From Eledone cirrhosa (Eukaryota): DNA of 64,000 nucleotides. The notes under the pieces are model-generated. The model saw nothing but the letters and a program-made list of their open reading frames with translations, had not been told where the DNA came from and ran no database searches. Where the stretch lies: assembly GCA_964016885.1 (NCBI GenBank), contig OZ024746.1:97340001-97404000 (forward strand), written 5' to 3'. Numbering within the stretch: the first letter of the stretch is position 1; every line of letters starts with the position of its first letter. The position numbers were made by a program, and so were the translations under genes. This document shows, piece by piece, positions 25,354-38,090 of this stretch.

Positions 25354-28300
25354 TGTCCATTTTCCCTGCTAGCAAGGATTGGATGGGTCACCACAGACCA
25401 AGTCAGTACTTAATCAAAACCATTGATCTCTCAGATGGGGTAGGACCTCATCTCACATACATTCCTGCACATTAGAGTGCATTAGTCATATTAGCATAGC
25501 ACCAACACTAAGGAGTTTTCATGTCCTTGACGTAACCTGAGAGTCTTCTCTACTCTTCGAGAGTTCTTTCAACCCTTTTTTTTATCATGATTTCTACAGC
25601 TGGATGCCATTCCTATCACAAACCATCTTGCAGGGTGTACTAGATGTGTTTTATCATGGTACCAGCATTAGGGAGATTGTTGGTTATTGACTCAACTGAA
25701 GAGCCCTGAGTGGAGGGATGTGGGATAGGATCATATGTATGATTTCATTGTTAAGTGATAATAGGTGGGGTGAAGGTAGATATATATAACACAATAATTT
25801 CGTTCATGTCTTACAAGATTAATGTATGCATTCTTTCTCGACTTTGTCAACGTTTGTAGTGATATAGACACAAGGAACTGTTAAGAAATTAAATATTTTG
25901 TAAATAAATTAATATCTATATCTAAAGGTTCAAATATATGCTGAATGCTTAGACTCAGGAATATCAACAAATATTTTTATTTCATATATTTCATGATAGT
26001 GATGAAAGTGTGTTTTCTGTTATGAAGGTATAACACACCAATCTCCATGAAGCCTTTTAAGATAGACATCCTTTGCAAATAAACTTTGTAGTGCTATTGA
26101 TGTATTATCATTCTGAGACTGCCTATATATAAGATCCTTCTCATCAACATACATAACAGAGGTAAACTTTATACTCAGTGGTCATAGACTGCCACTTCCA
26201 GCTCTATGGTAGGTAAACCCTTCCTTGTAGCATAGATCCATGGCCTCCCAGTCATACTGAGTATGTTCTTATGATGTTGGACTCTCAATTTAACCAAGTC
26301 CATCGCATAATGAAATCAGCCTCAGGCTACCCAAGCTTGTTCCCTCTCTATGGGCTTAGTTTCAGCCCTTTCTTCCCTAATTCTATCTACATAACAACAA
26401 CCTTACAATTTTGTGAGGACTTCTAGATATATATGCCCATCTCCATAGTGTCATGTCTTTACCATTTACTGCATCATTTGCTACAAGTCTAGGATATCAC
26501 TAACTTCAAATAAGAACTGACTAAAAGTTGAGGAAACACTTTAAACCTTCTTGAATGTTTGGAATTCTGTAAAGTGCTGGAGGGGTATCCAGTCATAAAT
26601 ATGCCAAACTAGCATGAGACGAGAAATGTTAAAGCCACATCACATGTTACTTATCTAGATAGGCAGGAACTTTTATACAGAGTAAAGGTCACAAATGTTC
26701 CTCATGTGAGAAAACCAGATTGCATCTTAGAGGAGGTTTTTTTTTAGTCTTTTAATGATAGGGGTCTCCCCCCTCCTACTATGTCAATATTTTTCTGGTG
26801 AGAATTAGCAGGGTTTGAACTCAGAATGCACAGAGCCAGGCAGATATATTAAGGTTTATTGTTGTGCTCTGACATGTGTAAATCCAGTGCTCTATACTGG
26901 CATATTATTTATCAATAAAACAAAGAGTGAAAAATAGAGTTGGCTATGGCAGAATTTGAACTTAGATTGTATAATTTGAACTTATTGTAGAGTGTTGAAA
27001 CATCTACTACGACAAAATAACTGTAACTGTCACTTCCGTCTCTTTTAGTTTTCATGTCTTCAGAATGAATAAAAGACAAACATAATGATCTCCTCATATA
27101 TTCACAAGGTACAAAGTTAACATGGCTAAAATGGCTTACTAGCTCTATACGGACGTTTAAATTGGTGTTTTATTTTTATATTCACTTATCTCTGTATATT
27201 TGTGGTAGTTCCTCTTTGGAAAACAATTGAAATTTATAACACCAGGAGCAAATTGACAATACAAGGTAAACTACAACCAGTGATAGTAAACTAGATATAC
27301 AGTGAAAACATGGAGATACTACCAAATACTCGGTGGATTGGCAGTATCGGTAGAGGGTCGGATGCTATGCTTTGCAGCATAGAGTTACGGCCCTTTATGA
27401 TCTGAGTTCAAATCCCGCCGAGGTTAACTTTGCCTTTCATCCTTACGGGGTCGATAAAATAAAGTATCAGTAATACACTGGGTAATTGCTGGCCTTGTAC
27501 CAAAAGTAGAAACAATTATTTCTCATATACACATATATATACCAGATTTGAACACAAAGGAACCAAACTCCCACTGTCACCGCCTTCGTCTCTCCCACTC
27601 TCCCCATCTCTCACTACTGTGAGCAAATGGGGTTCCACACGTTGGTCCCCTCGCAGCCCCGGTGGACAGAATAGAGAAGGTGTTTCCCCAGAGGATGGTG
27701 AGGGAGATGTGCTGGAAGAGCCATTCCAGCTGGAGAGGCTAAATAGAAAGTGAGTGGATTGTTGAGGAAGGAGATACAGACAATTAGAGAAAATGAAGAA
27801 ACTTGCCATAATGCCTATAGGGAAAATGGCTATAAAAGTCAACATTACAACTTTAAGAACAAAGTCAACATTATAACTTTAAGAACAATTCAAATACAAA
27901 ATGAAATGAACTTTCAAATGTTTTTAAATTGTTCTCCATACTTCTGCATTTGAAAAATGAGATAGAAGTCTTTTATTTAGATGTAGGGCTTGTTATCAGA
28001 AATGGTCTATTGAACAAGCTGACATCTTTGTCTCAGACATCAATAATAGTATTACTGTATTGATATTTTCTCTAAGTGGAAATTAGTTTGCAGCCATTGT
28101 TAATGTGAAATCTCTGCTTGAAACTGCCCCTGGCTCTATGATACAAAACTGTTTATTTTAAAATGTTTATATTTATCTGAAAACCCTCAATCATAAATTT
28201 ATCTAAGAACGTTTGTGAAGCTATGCTCCAAACACCAGAAAAAATAATATGAGATTTATTTCATGAAATCTCTAATACACTCTTGATTGTGTAAAAAATT

Positions 28301-28627
28301 ATTTGAAAATCATATATAGAGTCTTTCATTAGAAATATTGTAATGAAAAGGTTTTACAGACAGAATGCCTTGCATTATATTTAACCTAATGACAAATGGA
28401 AAATTACACACGAACACACACATAATACATACATATACATATATACATATAAACAGGATATCAGGAAATACTAAGCAATATTTGGTGAAGTGGTGAAGTT
28501 TGAAGAAACATTTATTATACAATAGAATCTTTAACACGTGTTTCAATACAGTTAAGTAAATTGCCTACGAAAGCTGAATTATATTGCACTGTGTAATTAA
28601 ATTCTGCATAACATCAGAGAGATTCAG

Positions 28628-28670
<43 letters not shown>

Positions 28671-28678
<8 letters not shown>

Positions 28679-28852
28679 AAATCTAATGTAGAAATGGCTT
28701 CTACAGAACAAGAACTGTTTCATAGGCCTTTGAATGAAACAGTTCTAGTCCAGTAGAAGCCATTTCTATATTAAACTTTGCTATATACACTCTACTAATG
28801 TATTGAGTACCTTACTTACTGTGGTTACCCCCCGATTGAACCTGGGACTGAC
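28671..28852 (+). mobile_element. Palindromic TA-flanked pLTR-like element, family E (second copy 59318-59468, -)
   Basis: Inverted arms around an apex at ~28722; GAAACAGUU just 3' of the apex; unpaired tail with TATTGAGTAC. Confidence 0.6.
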
Positions 28853-29326
28853 ATATATATAAATATACATACATACATACACACACATATATGCATATAT
28901 AAATGTAAATATATGTGTGTATGCATGTATATGCATATGTGTGTATGTATGTATATGTATATTTATTAAAATAACAGATTAAAGTTTAAGTAAAGAATCG
29001 CTGCTTTCACCCTTAACAGGATCTTCTGAAACTAAAAAAAATCAATCTGTGAACGCAGAAGTAAATATTTCGAAAAACGTTGCAACCGAAGGAAAACAGG
29101 AAGACGATATATATATATATAATCATCATCCTTTAACACCTGTTTTCCCAACTAATACTGGTTGGATGGGGTCACCAGAGACCAAGGCAGTGCTTAGTTG
29201 AAGCTACTTGAGAATCCATTTGCCCACTTTGGCAGATTTTCTATAGCTAGATGCCCTACCTATCATCAATCCCCTCAGAGTGTTATCTGACTAAGTGTAA
29301 TGAGTTTACATTTGACACTTCTATAT

Positions 29327-29536
29327 TTAACCCTTTAGCATTTAAACTATCTGGCCAGAATTCTCTCAACTCTTTCTGTTCAAACTAGTTCTAACTGGCT
29401 GCTTAAACTAATGATAAGGCATTGTTCTCAAAATAAATAATATCAAAATCTCATAGCTTTAATATTATGTGATATAAAGCCTTTACTGTGAAAACACAAT
29501 AGTATATATAGAGTAATGTAAATGCTAAAGAGTTAA
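29327..29536. mobile_element. piggyBac-like MITE (further copies 29654-30049, 45031-45258)
   Basis: TTAA|CCCTTTAGCATTTA ... TAAATGCTAAAGAG|TTAA. Confidence 0.8.
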
Positions 29537-30387
29537 TCCTACTACTATAAGCCTTCTTTAATGCTACTCATCACTCACTCTCACATTACTTTTTCTAATA
29601 TTCATTGTTGGCATATATCACTCCTATAATTCCTTCATCTTCCATCACACTGCATAACCCTTTAACATTTACATTACTCTATATTTACTGTTGTATTTTC
29701 ATAGTAAAGGTTTTACCTTACATTATTGTTGTGGATTGGCAGTATCGGAGAGGGTCAGATGCCATGCTTTGACGCATAGAGTTACGGCCCTTGCCATTCT
29801 GAGTTCAAATCCCACCGAGTTTAACTTTGCTTTTCATCCTTAAGGGGTCGATAAAATAAAGTACCAGTAATGCACTGGGTATTTGCTAGCCTTGTGCCAA
29901 AAGTAGAAACAATTATTGTCTCACATAATATCTAATCTATGAGATTTTGATATTATTTATTTTGAGGACAATACCTTAACAGAAGTACAAACAAGTTACA
30001 GCCAGTTTGAACAGAAAGGATACGGCTGGTTTAAATGCTAAAGGATTAAGATGTTTTTCTATTCAATATCTTTGTCACCAACGACAAATAGCTGTTTGTC
30101 ACTCACCCTTTCTCTTTTCATTTCTTCCACCTCTATCACCCTCTTACATATATACATTTCTGTGATTCTGTCATAACACGTAAAGAGAGAGGTGTAGTTT
30201 GACTACCTCGTACTATTCCTCTCTATATCTGCTGCCTGCGTGAATGTTTGTGTGTGTAGAAAGAAGGAAGCGGTGGTGAAAAACCTATGCTGTGTGTGGG
30301 TGTATGTATATGTGTGTGATTGTGTATATGTATGTATTTATGTGTGTGTATGTATGTATGTATATATGTATATATGTATGTGATTTT

Positions 30388-30726
30388 GGACACCCTGCAG
30401 GACAAAAACAAAACCTGACAAAGGGCAAAGAACTCTTGATTCAACGTCCATCCAAAAATGTGTAAATATGTATATACATATGTATATATGTGTACATGTA
30501 TACATATGTGTATATAGGTACAGGGACATAGAAATAATCAGGCTGGATACCCGATCGCACGGTTAAACCACTGAGAGTGAAGGACCTCTAGCCTTTGTCA
30601 GGGCATTCTTCTAGGAGAAGGCAACTCAGGAAACTGGGGTAACTCCAATATAGAACCTGCGGCTCAGTAGTAAGCAATGATGTTGATCTTTTCTTCTTTT
30701 CGAGTTATAGATACTGTCGCTCAGAA
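30388..30726 (+). mobile_element. LINE 5'UTR-like repeat (longer copy 42020-42600, -)
   Basis: Two homologous copies; TAGCCTTTG..TCTAGGAGAAGGCAACTC resembles motifs I associate with RTE-clade 5'UTRs. Confidence 0.45.
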
Positions 30727-30746
30727 TATATATGTATATATATATT

Positions 30747-30791
<45 letters not shown>

Positions 30792-31544
30792 TTATATATA
30801 TATATATATATATATAAAGGAACGATCGACTTTCATCAAATCGGAGCGAGGGAACAATGTTTCCGTTGGTCTTTCCAATTGCTAATACTATCTATCAGTC
30901 GAAACTCCAGGTAGAAGGAGCAACGTGAAATAAAGTGTCTTGCTGAAGGACATAACGCATCACCTGGTCCAGGAATCGAACTCACAACCTTACGATTCTG
31001 AATCTAAGATGCCTTAGTGGTTAGAGCATTGGGTTTGCAATCGAAACGTTGTGAGTTCAATTCTCGGACCAGGTGATGTGTTGTTTCCTGGAGCAAGACA
31101 CTTTATTTCACATTGCTCCAGTTTACTTATCAGTAAAGTGGTCATCGAGGTTCCATGGTAAAAAAGCACCCAGTCCACACTGTAAAGTGGACGTGTAGGC
31201 GCCATGGAAATAAAATACCCAGCACTCATTGTAAATGAGGTTGGTGTTAGGAGGGGCATCCAGCTGTAGAAATCAAGCCAGAATCAGTTACCGTATGAGC
31301 AAGACAAGGTCAGCTGACCAGACACTGCCCACAACAGGACAACCCGTCTAGCCCATGCTATCGTGGCAGAACGGATGCAAAAACGGTGATGATGATGATA
31401 TATATATTATGTATATATACATGTATATATATGTGTAATTATGTATATATATATATATGATGATGATGATGATGATGTATATATATACAATTTGACATCA
31501 GACAACATGTACTTGTCTTTCATATGTATGTATGTATATATATA

Positions 31545-32023
31545 TATATATATATCAACTAGAAATAGATTGACATATATATATATAAAATAAATACATG
31601 AAACAATCACAGGCAATAATGTGTAAGAATGTAGGCATACATAGCTAGGTAGGTAACTAATTAAAGTTTAACTAGAACTTCAAATATAGATACCTTTTAA
31701 AATGATTAATCTCCTTTGTAAGAAATATATTTCACCTATTAATCCGGAATATATTTCTTACTTAAAGAAATATACAAAGGAGATTAATTCTTTTAAAAGG
31801 TATCTATATTTGAAGTTCTAGTCAAACTTTAATTAGTTACCTACCTAACTATGTGTGCTTATGTTCTTTACAAATCATTCCCTGAGATTGTTTCATGTAT
31901 TTATTTTATATATATGTCAATCTATTTCTAGTTGATATGTAATGCTTGGATCTTATCTTTGAGCTTATTCTATGGTGGATATGGCGCATGTCTCTCAGAC
32001 ATGACAGCCCTTAATTTTAATTT

Positions 32024-32026
<3 letters not shown>
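31545..32026 (+). mobile_element. Large palindromic TA-flanked element (~175-bp arms + 3' tail), family F
   Basis: 31553-31720 is the imperfect reverse complement of 31772-31936; GAAAUAUA^CAAAGG at the start of the right arm; ~90-nt unpaired tail. Confidence 0.7.
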
Positions 32027-32121
<95 letters not shown>

Positions 32122-32170
32122 GGAGAGAGAGAGATGTGAGAAAAACCACAAAACCTCCATCTCAATTCTA

Positions 32171-32206
32171 CTTTTGAAAAGCAGAAGAGCTGCGAAACCA
32201 GTAAAG
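32171..32206 (+). ncRNA. Type I hammerhead ribozyme, U3:A8 core variant
   Basis: CUU UUGAAAA GCAG-AAGAG-CUGC GAA ACCAGU A^AAG; the second copy at 18623-18658 (-) has the same UUGAAAA core and a palindromic ACCGGU. Confidence 0.6.
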
Positions 32207-32345
32207 GACCCAAATAAATATATATTTAAAAAAAAAAAGACTCCAGTTGCATTTTCGATTTCATCTTTTTTCCTTATACTTTCACTCGTGTAGGACACCT
32301 CGGTTATTTTTCATTTTGTAAAAAAAACCTCACTTTCTAATATAT

Positions 32346-32477
32346 AGAAATAGCCGTCGAAACGGCTTGAGCTCTGCCGTCGGGGTCATACTTTTTCCTA
32401 TTACCCACTCTACTACCCTAAGTATTGAGTACTCTGGTGCGTTATGGTCCATCTAGTTCCTTACCACATTTCCTTTG

Positions 32478-32480
<3 letters not shown>
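32346..32480 (+). mobile_element. pLTR-like element family B (begins at hammerhead GAAA)
   Basis: AGAAATAGCCGTCGAAACGGCTTGAGCTC...TATTGAGTACTCTGG...; homologues at 35096, 45550 and 58537. Confidence 0.7.
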
Positions 32481-32556
<76 letters not shown>

Positions 32557-32596
32557 TATATATTTATTCATATATATTTAATCATATATATATTCA

Positions 32597-33175
32597 TATA
32601 CTTTGGGAGGGTCATGTTGCCAATAAGAAACACACGCACCAGTTGCTTTCACTTCAATTTATTATATATTTATAAATTTATAAATTTACAAATCTACAAA
32701 CTTATAAATTTCTGGTTGGTTGGTTGGTTCCATAACCAGATAGTTGTTTATATATAGTCATAGTCCTTTCGTCACACACTCTGTGACCTCATCAGTGACT
32801 GGGGATTCCTTTCTTTGTTTCTGTGCCTTTCCTTTCTTCTGTCCTACGCCATTTTGTTTCTCAAAAGGCACAGAAACAAAGGCACAGAAACAAAGACAGG
32901 AATCCCCAGTCACTGAAGAGGTCACAGAGTGTGTGACGAAAGGACTATGCTATATAAACAACTATCTGGTTATGGAACCAACCAACCAACCAGAAATTTA
33001 TAAGTTTGTAGATTTGTAAATTTATAAATTTATAAATATATAATAAATTGAAGTGAAAGCAACTGGTGCGTGTGTTTCTTATTGGCAACATGACCCTCCC
33101 AAAGTATAACAATATCGCTTTCAACACACGATTTCAGATAAAGAATCTTGCTAAACAAATTCAGAAACGAAATAT
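32597..33175. mobile_element. Palindromic pLTR element family A (~235-bp arms, hammerhead in each arm, 3' tail)
   Basis: 32597-32830 is inverted versus 32878-33108; tail 33109-33175; (TA)n on both sides; near-identical organisation at 58783-59307. Confidence 0.85.
32756..32800 (-). ncRNA. Type I hammerhead ribozyme with extra nucleotide after A9
   Basis: AGUCA CUGAUGA G GUCACA-GAGUG-UGUGAC GAA AG-GA-CU A^UGACU: stem I 5 bp, stem II 6 bp, minimal stem III. The mirror copy at 32908-32951 (+) has a 1-nt deletion in stem I. Confidence 0.75.
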
Positions 33176-33176
33176 A

Positions 33177-33271
<95 letters not shown>

Positions 33272-33516
33272 TTATATATATATATAAATATATATATATA
33301 CACATAAAATATTAAAAAAATAATGAATAAAACAAAGAAACAGTTCCTTATATTAAACAAAAAAAGTTCATTATTTAACGATCGTTTCTAGGACATATAT
33401 GTGTTAGAATTGGCATGCATATTCACAAGATCTATGTACAAAATTATACAAACTATCAAGGAGAATATACATACCATCACATATACATATATATATATAT
33501 ATACACATATATATAT

Positions 33517-33599
<83 letters not shown>

Positions 33600-33711
33600 T
33601 ATTTATATATATATATATATATAAATATATATGAAAATATATATATATATACATATATATATATAAATATATATCTATATATATATATACATACATGTGT
33701 ATATATATAGG

Positions 33712-33743
<32 letters not shown>

Positions 33744-33807
33744 CACACACCACACCAAACACACACACATATATATATATAATTACAATCTCACACATTA
33801 TTTACAT

Positions 33808-34233
33808 AATGGTTTCTTATATAGGCACAAGGCCAGTAAATTGCGGGGAGGGGAAAGTCGATTAAATCGACCCCAGTACGTGACTGGTACTTTATTTTAT
33901 CGACCCCGTAAGGATAAAAGGCAAATTTAACCTCAGCGGGATTTGAGCTCAGATAATAAAGGGTCGTAACTCTTTGCTGACAAAGCATGGCGTCCGACCC
34001 TCTACTGATACTGCCAATCCACCGCCCTCACACATTATTTACATAATTGTATCTACTTTAGGCACAAGGCCAGCAATTACCCAGTGCATTACTGGTACTT
34101 TATTTTATCGACCCCGTAAGGATGAAAAGCAAAGTTAACCTCGGCGGGATTTGAACTCAGAATGGGAAGGGCTGTAACTCTATGTGTCAAAGCATGGCGT
34201 CCGACCCTCTACGAATACTGCCAATCCACCGCC
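33808..34233 (-). mobile_element. Two tandem SINE family A insertions with nested TSDs
   Basis: ctcacacattatttacataat at 33790 and 34027; ttatttacataat again at 34235. Confidence 0.85.
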
Positions 34234-34562
34234 TTTATTTACATAATGAAAAGTAATCAGACAAAAGAAAACTGTAAGTGACATATTGATAGATGTGTTT
34301 CTTAAATTGAATAATGAAACAGTGACAGCAGTCTAAGATTGTTCCAACATATATTCAAACAAGAAACCAATTTTACAGAGAATAAAATGATAGAGGGAAA
34401 GAGAAATCAAATCAGCAGATTTGTGATGTATATATATTTATATATATATACATATATATGCATATAAATATATACATATATATATGCATATAAATATATA
34501 CATATATATGTGCATATAAATATATACATATATATGTGCAATTAAATATATACATATATATA

Positions 34563-34606
<44 letters not shown>

Positions 34607-34897
34607 TATATGTCCCACCCTTGCAAGCAGGGAAAAGCGGACGTAAAATGAAGATGATGATGATGATGATATATATGCATATATATATATATATATACAC
34701 ATATATACATATATATATAAGCATATATATATATATATAGTTAGGGAAGCAGAAAATTGCTTATTGTGATCCAGTTTGTGAGTGGCTGCTATTTGCAGTA
34801 TAGCAATATAAGGTTGCACTTACCAATGAAACGGTCGTAAATAGGTGGATAAAATCCTTCTCTTAATGCTTACCTGTGTTTTCTCTTTTATATTTTA

Positions 34898-34959
<62 letters not shown>

Positions 34960-35063
34960 CTATCTATCTAAGGCGGGTAAAATTCCCGAGATCCATGGAC
35001 GAGTTCTCTCCAGCGGTCTCTGTCCCTCATTATCGCTGCCATATCCTGCATCTCCAACAGACC

Positions 35064-35095
<32 letters not shown>

Positions 35096-35100
<5 letters not shown>

Positions 35101-35285
35101 AGTAAGTAAGACCCCGACGGCTGAGCTCAAGCCGTTTCGACGGCTAATTCACAGAATTAGCCGTCGAAACGGCTTGAGCTCAGCCGTCGGGGTCTTACTT
35201 ACTCCTATTACCCACTCTACTACCCTAAGTATTGAGTACTTTGGTGCGTTATGGTCCACCTGGTTCCTTACCACTTTTCCTTCGC

Positions 35286-35287
<2 letters not shown>
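35096..35287 (+). mobile_element. Family B element with perfect 55-bp palindrome
   Basis: Arms 35096-35150 and 35154-35208 are perfectly complementary with loop ACA; tail contains ATTGAGTACT. Confidence 0.85.
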
Positions 35288-35326
<39 letters not shown>

Positions 35327-35749
35327 ACACATATATATATATAAACTAAAATATTATACCATTTTACCTTATTATAGTATGTTACTAAGTTTGTGTAATT
35401 TTAGTTTTTAGAATTATGCTCAGGTGAAAAGAAGAAAGAGAATTAGTGTGAAGAGTGATGAGATGCATTATTTCATTAAATCTCTAATATAGCTGAGTAG
35501 ATAAGATACTGGTCTGCTAGCCGCCTGGCTATGTTTTCTCCTGTATTACATGTTATCCCTGAGCAAAACACTTAAATCTGTTTGGCCAAGGCTTAATGTC
35601 TGCTTAAGAAACCATCCTTTGATTAATACAGCATCAGCAATAACAACAGCAACAATACAGAATATGAGTAAGTTACCTTGGCTTAACATAAATATTTGAG
35701 ATTTTACATCCTAGATTATCATTGGTGACATTGTTATCTGTCTTGCAGA

Positions 35750-36618
35750 TGGTGGCGGTGGTGGTGGTAGTGGTGGTGGAGGTAGTGGTGGTGGAGGTAG
35801 TGGATGGTGGTGGTAGTGGATGGTGGTGGAGATGGTGGTGGTGGTGGTGAAGGTAGTGGATGGTGGTAGTGGATGGTGGTGGAGATGGTGGTGGTGGTGG
35901 TGTTAGTGGTGGTAGTGGTGGTGGTGGTGGAGGTAGTGGATGGTGGAGGTAGTGGATGGTGGTGGAGATGGTGGTGGTGTTAGTGGTGGTAGTGGTGGAG
36001 GTAGTGGATGGTGGCGGTGGTGGTGGTGGTAGTGGTGGTGGAGGTAGTGGATGGTGGAGGTAGTGGATGGTGGTGGCGGTGGTGGTGGTGGTGGTGGTGG
36101 TGGTAGTGGTGGTGGAGGTAGTGGATGGTGGTGGAGATGGTGGTGGTGAAGGTAGTGGATGGTGGTATTGGATGGTGGTGGAGATGGTGGTGGTGGTGGT
36201 GTTAGTGGTGGTAGATGTGGTGGTGTTAGTGGTGGTAGTGGTGGTGGTGGTGGTGGTGGTGGAGGTAGTGGATGGCGGTGGAGATGGTGGTGGTGGAGGT
36301 GGCGGTGGTGGTAGTGGATGGTGGTGGTGGAGGTGGTGGTGGTGGTAGTGGATGGTGGTGGAGATGGTGGTGGTGGAGGTGGTGGTGGTGGTAGTGGATG
36401 GTGGTGGAGATGGTGGTGGTGGAGGTGGTGGTAGTGGTGGTGGTGGTGGTGGAGGAGGTGTTGGAGATGGTGGAGATTCTGGAGATGGTGGTGGTGGAGG
36501 TGGTGGAGGAGGTGCTGGAGGTGGTAGAGGTGGTGGTGGTGGTAGAGGTGGTGGAGGTGGTGGTGGTAGAGGTGGTAGAGGTGGTGGAGATGGTGGTAGT
36601 GGTGGTGGTGGAGGTGGA
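35750..36618. repeat. (GGT)n-based low-complexity satellite
   Basis: GGT/GGA/AGT triplet mosaic. Confidence 0.95.
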
Positions 36619-36619
36619 A

Positions 36620-37100
36620 ATGGCCAGCTTTAATAGGGAATAAAGGGGTCAATTGCCTCGGGCCTCCTGCAGTGATGGGCCCTACCAGCATCGACCGTAG
36701 CTATTTATTCTATTATAGAAGCTAGTTTATTATATGAACAAGGTTTGACGCGATGTGTTGAAACACGGAAGAGCCGAACTCCCACTGTCATCGCCTCCAT
36801 CTCTCTCGCCCTCCCCATCTCTCTATATTGTGAGCAAATAGGGTCCCATGTGGTGGCCGCCCTGGCGGACAGAATGGAGAAGGCGCTTCCCCAGAGGATG
36901 GTAAGGGAGATGTGCTGACCTCAGCTGGGTGTTTTTAGTTTTAGGATGGTTGAATTTAATACCTGTATGTATAACTTTTCAATTCCAATTACTTGTGCCA
37001 AGTTAACTTCGATAAGTAAAATGGGGGGGGGGGGTGTATTCTAATTTTTTTGTGTATGAGTGACCTCCCCAAACCTGAAGAGCCCTGGGCCCCCAACCCT
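36620..37100 (+). mobile_element. hAT-like non-autonomous element (related pieces 1398-1520, 27555-27745, 52275-52932)
   Basis: Shared blocks gaatttaatacctgtatgtataacttttcaattccaattac and ctcccactgtca..gggagatgtgctg; CAGGGCCAGATTTA / TAAATCTAGTCCTG-type ends in the related copies. Confidence 0.45.
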
Positions 37101-37440
37101 GTTGGTAGAATCATTAGAGCATCTGAGCTAAGTTCAAATCTGGTTTCAGTTAATTTTACCATTCATCCTTTCAGCAGAGTTAATTAAATACCATACCACT
37201 CAAGTCATAGTCAAGTACTGGATTGTGGAAGTGTGTGGCCTAGTTGTAAGGTGTTGGACTTATGATCATAATGTTGTGGGTCAGATTCCTAGACTAGGCT
37301 ACATGTTGTATTCTTGAGCAAAACACTTCATTTCACCTTGCTTCAGTATCCTCAGCTGAACCAACCAAATTTGTAATAAATTGAAGTGAAAACCAACAGG
37401 TGCATGTGATTTTATTGACAGAATGACCCTCCCAAAGTAT

Positions 37441-37487
<47 letters not shown>

Positions 37488-37491
37488 TATA

Positions 37492-37551
<60 letters not shown>

Positions 37552-37575
37552 TATATATATACACATATACATATA

Positions 37576-37619
<44 letters not shown>

Positions 37620-37624
<5 letters not shown>

Positions 37625-38090
37625 ATATTTGGGGAGGGTTATATTGTTATAATATTGCCAGAAATAATAATTGTTTCTACTTTTAGCACAAGGCCAGCAA
37701 TTACCCAGTGTATTACTGGTACTTTATTTTATCGACCCCCTTAAAGATGAAAGGCAAAGTCAACCTCGGCGGGATTTGAACTCAGACTGTAAAGGGACGT
37801 AACTATGCTAGAAAGCATGGTGTCCGACCCTCTACCGATACTGCCAATTCACCGCCAGAAATAATAATAAAATAATTACTGCCAGAAATAATAATAAAAC
37901 ACACTCACATTTGGTTTGGATTGGTTTTCTCTTCTGTTTATTTTCTAGTCAATTTAGCTGGCAAATAATGCTTATCATTGATTGACCAATGGTTAAAAAT
38001 ATAGATATAAATATATGTATATAGTCTATGAAAGTTCTTTCGTCACACACCTGTGACATCATCAGTGGTACTATTATGGTTTCTTCTGTT
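37620..38090 (-). mobile_element. Diverged family A pLTR element interrupted by a SINE; decayed hammerhead at 38030-38070
   Basis: CUGAUGA U GUCACA-GGUG-UGUGAC GAAAGAACUU on the minus strand, stem I not recoverable; a plus-strand family A tip at 37365-37445 faces it across (TA)n. Confidence 0.6.

Noticed and set aside
28990-29035. Intact hammerhead in family I (CAGAAGA UCCUGUUAAGGGU GAAA, minus strand)
   Set aside because: U4 is altered and stems I and III could not be formed; kept only as a possible remnant.
34740-34900. Hammerhead 3' half GAAACGGUC with an upstream hairpin in a TA-flanked segment
   Set aside because: No CUGANGA core, no stem I partner and no second copy; may be a remnant but is unsupported.
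35903-36691. His/Pro/Gly/Val-rich ORFs (also 40146-40712 and 51296-52084)
   Set aside because: Triplet satellites open in several frames on both strands; no splice or domain evidence.
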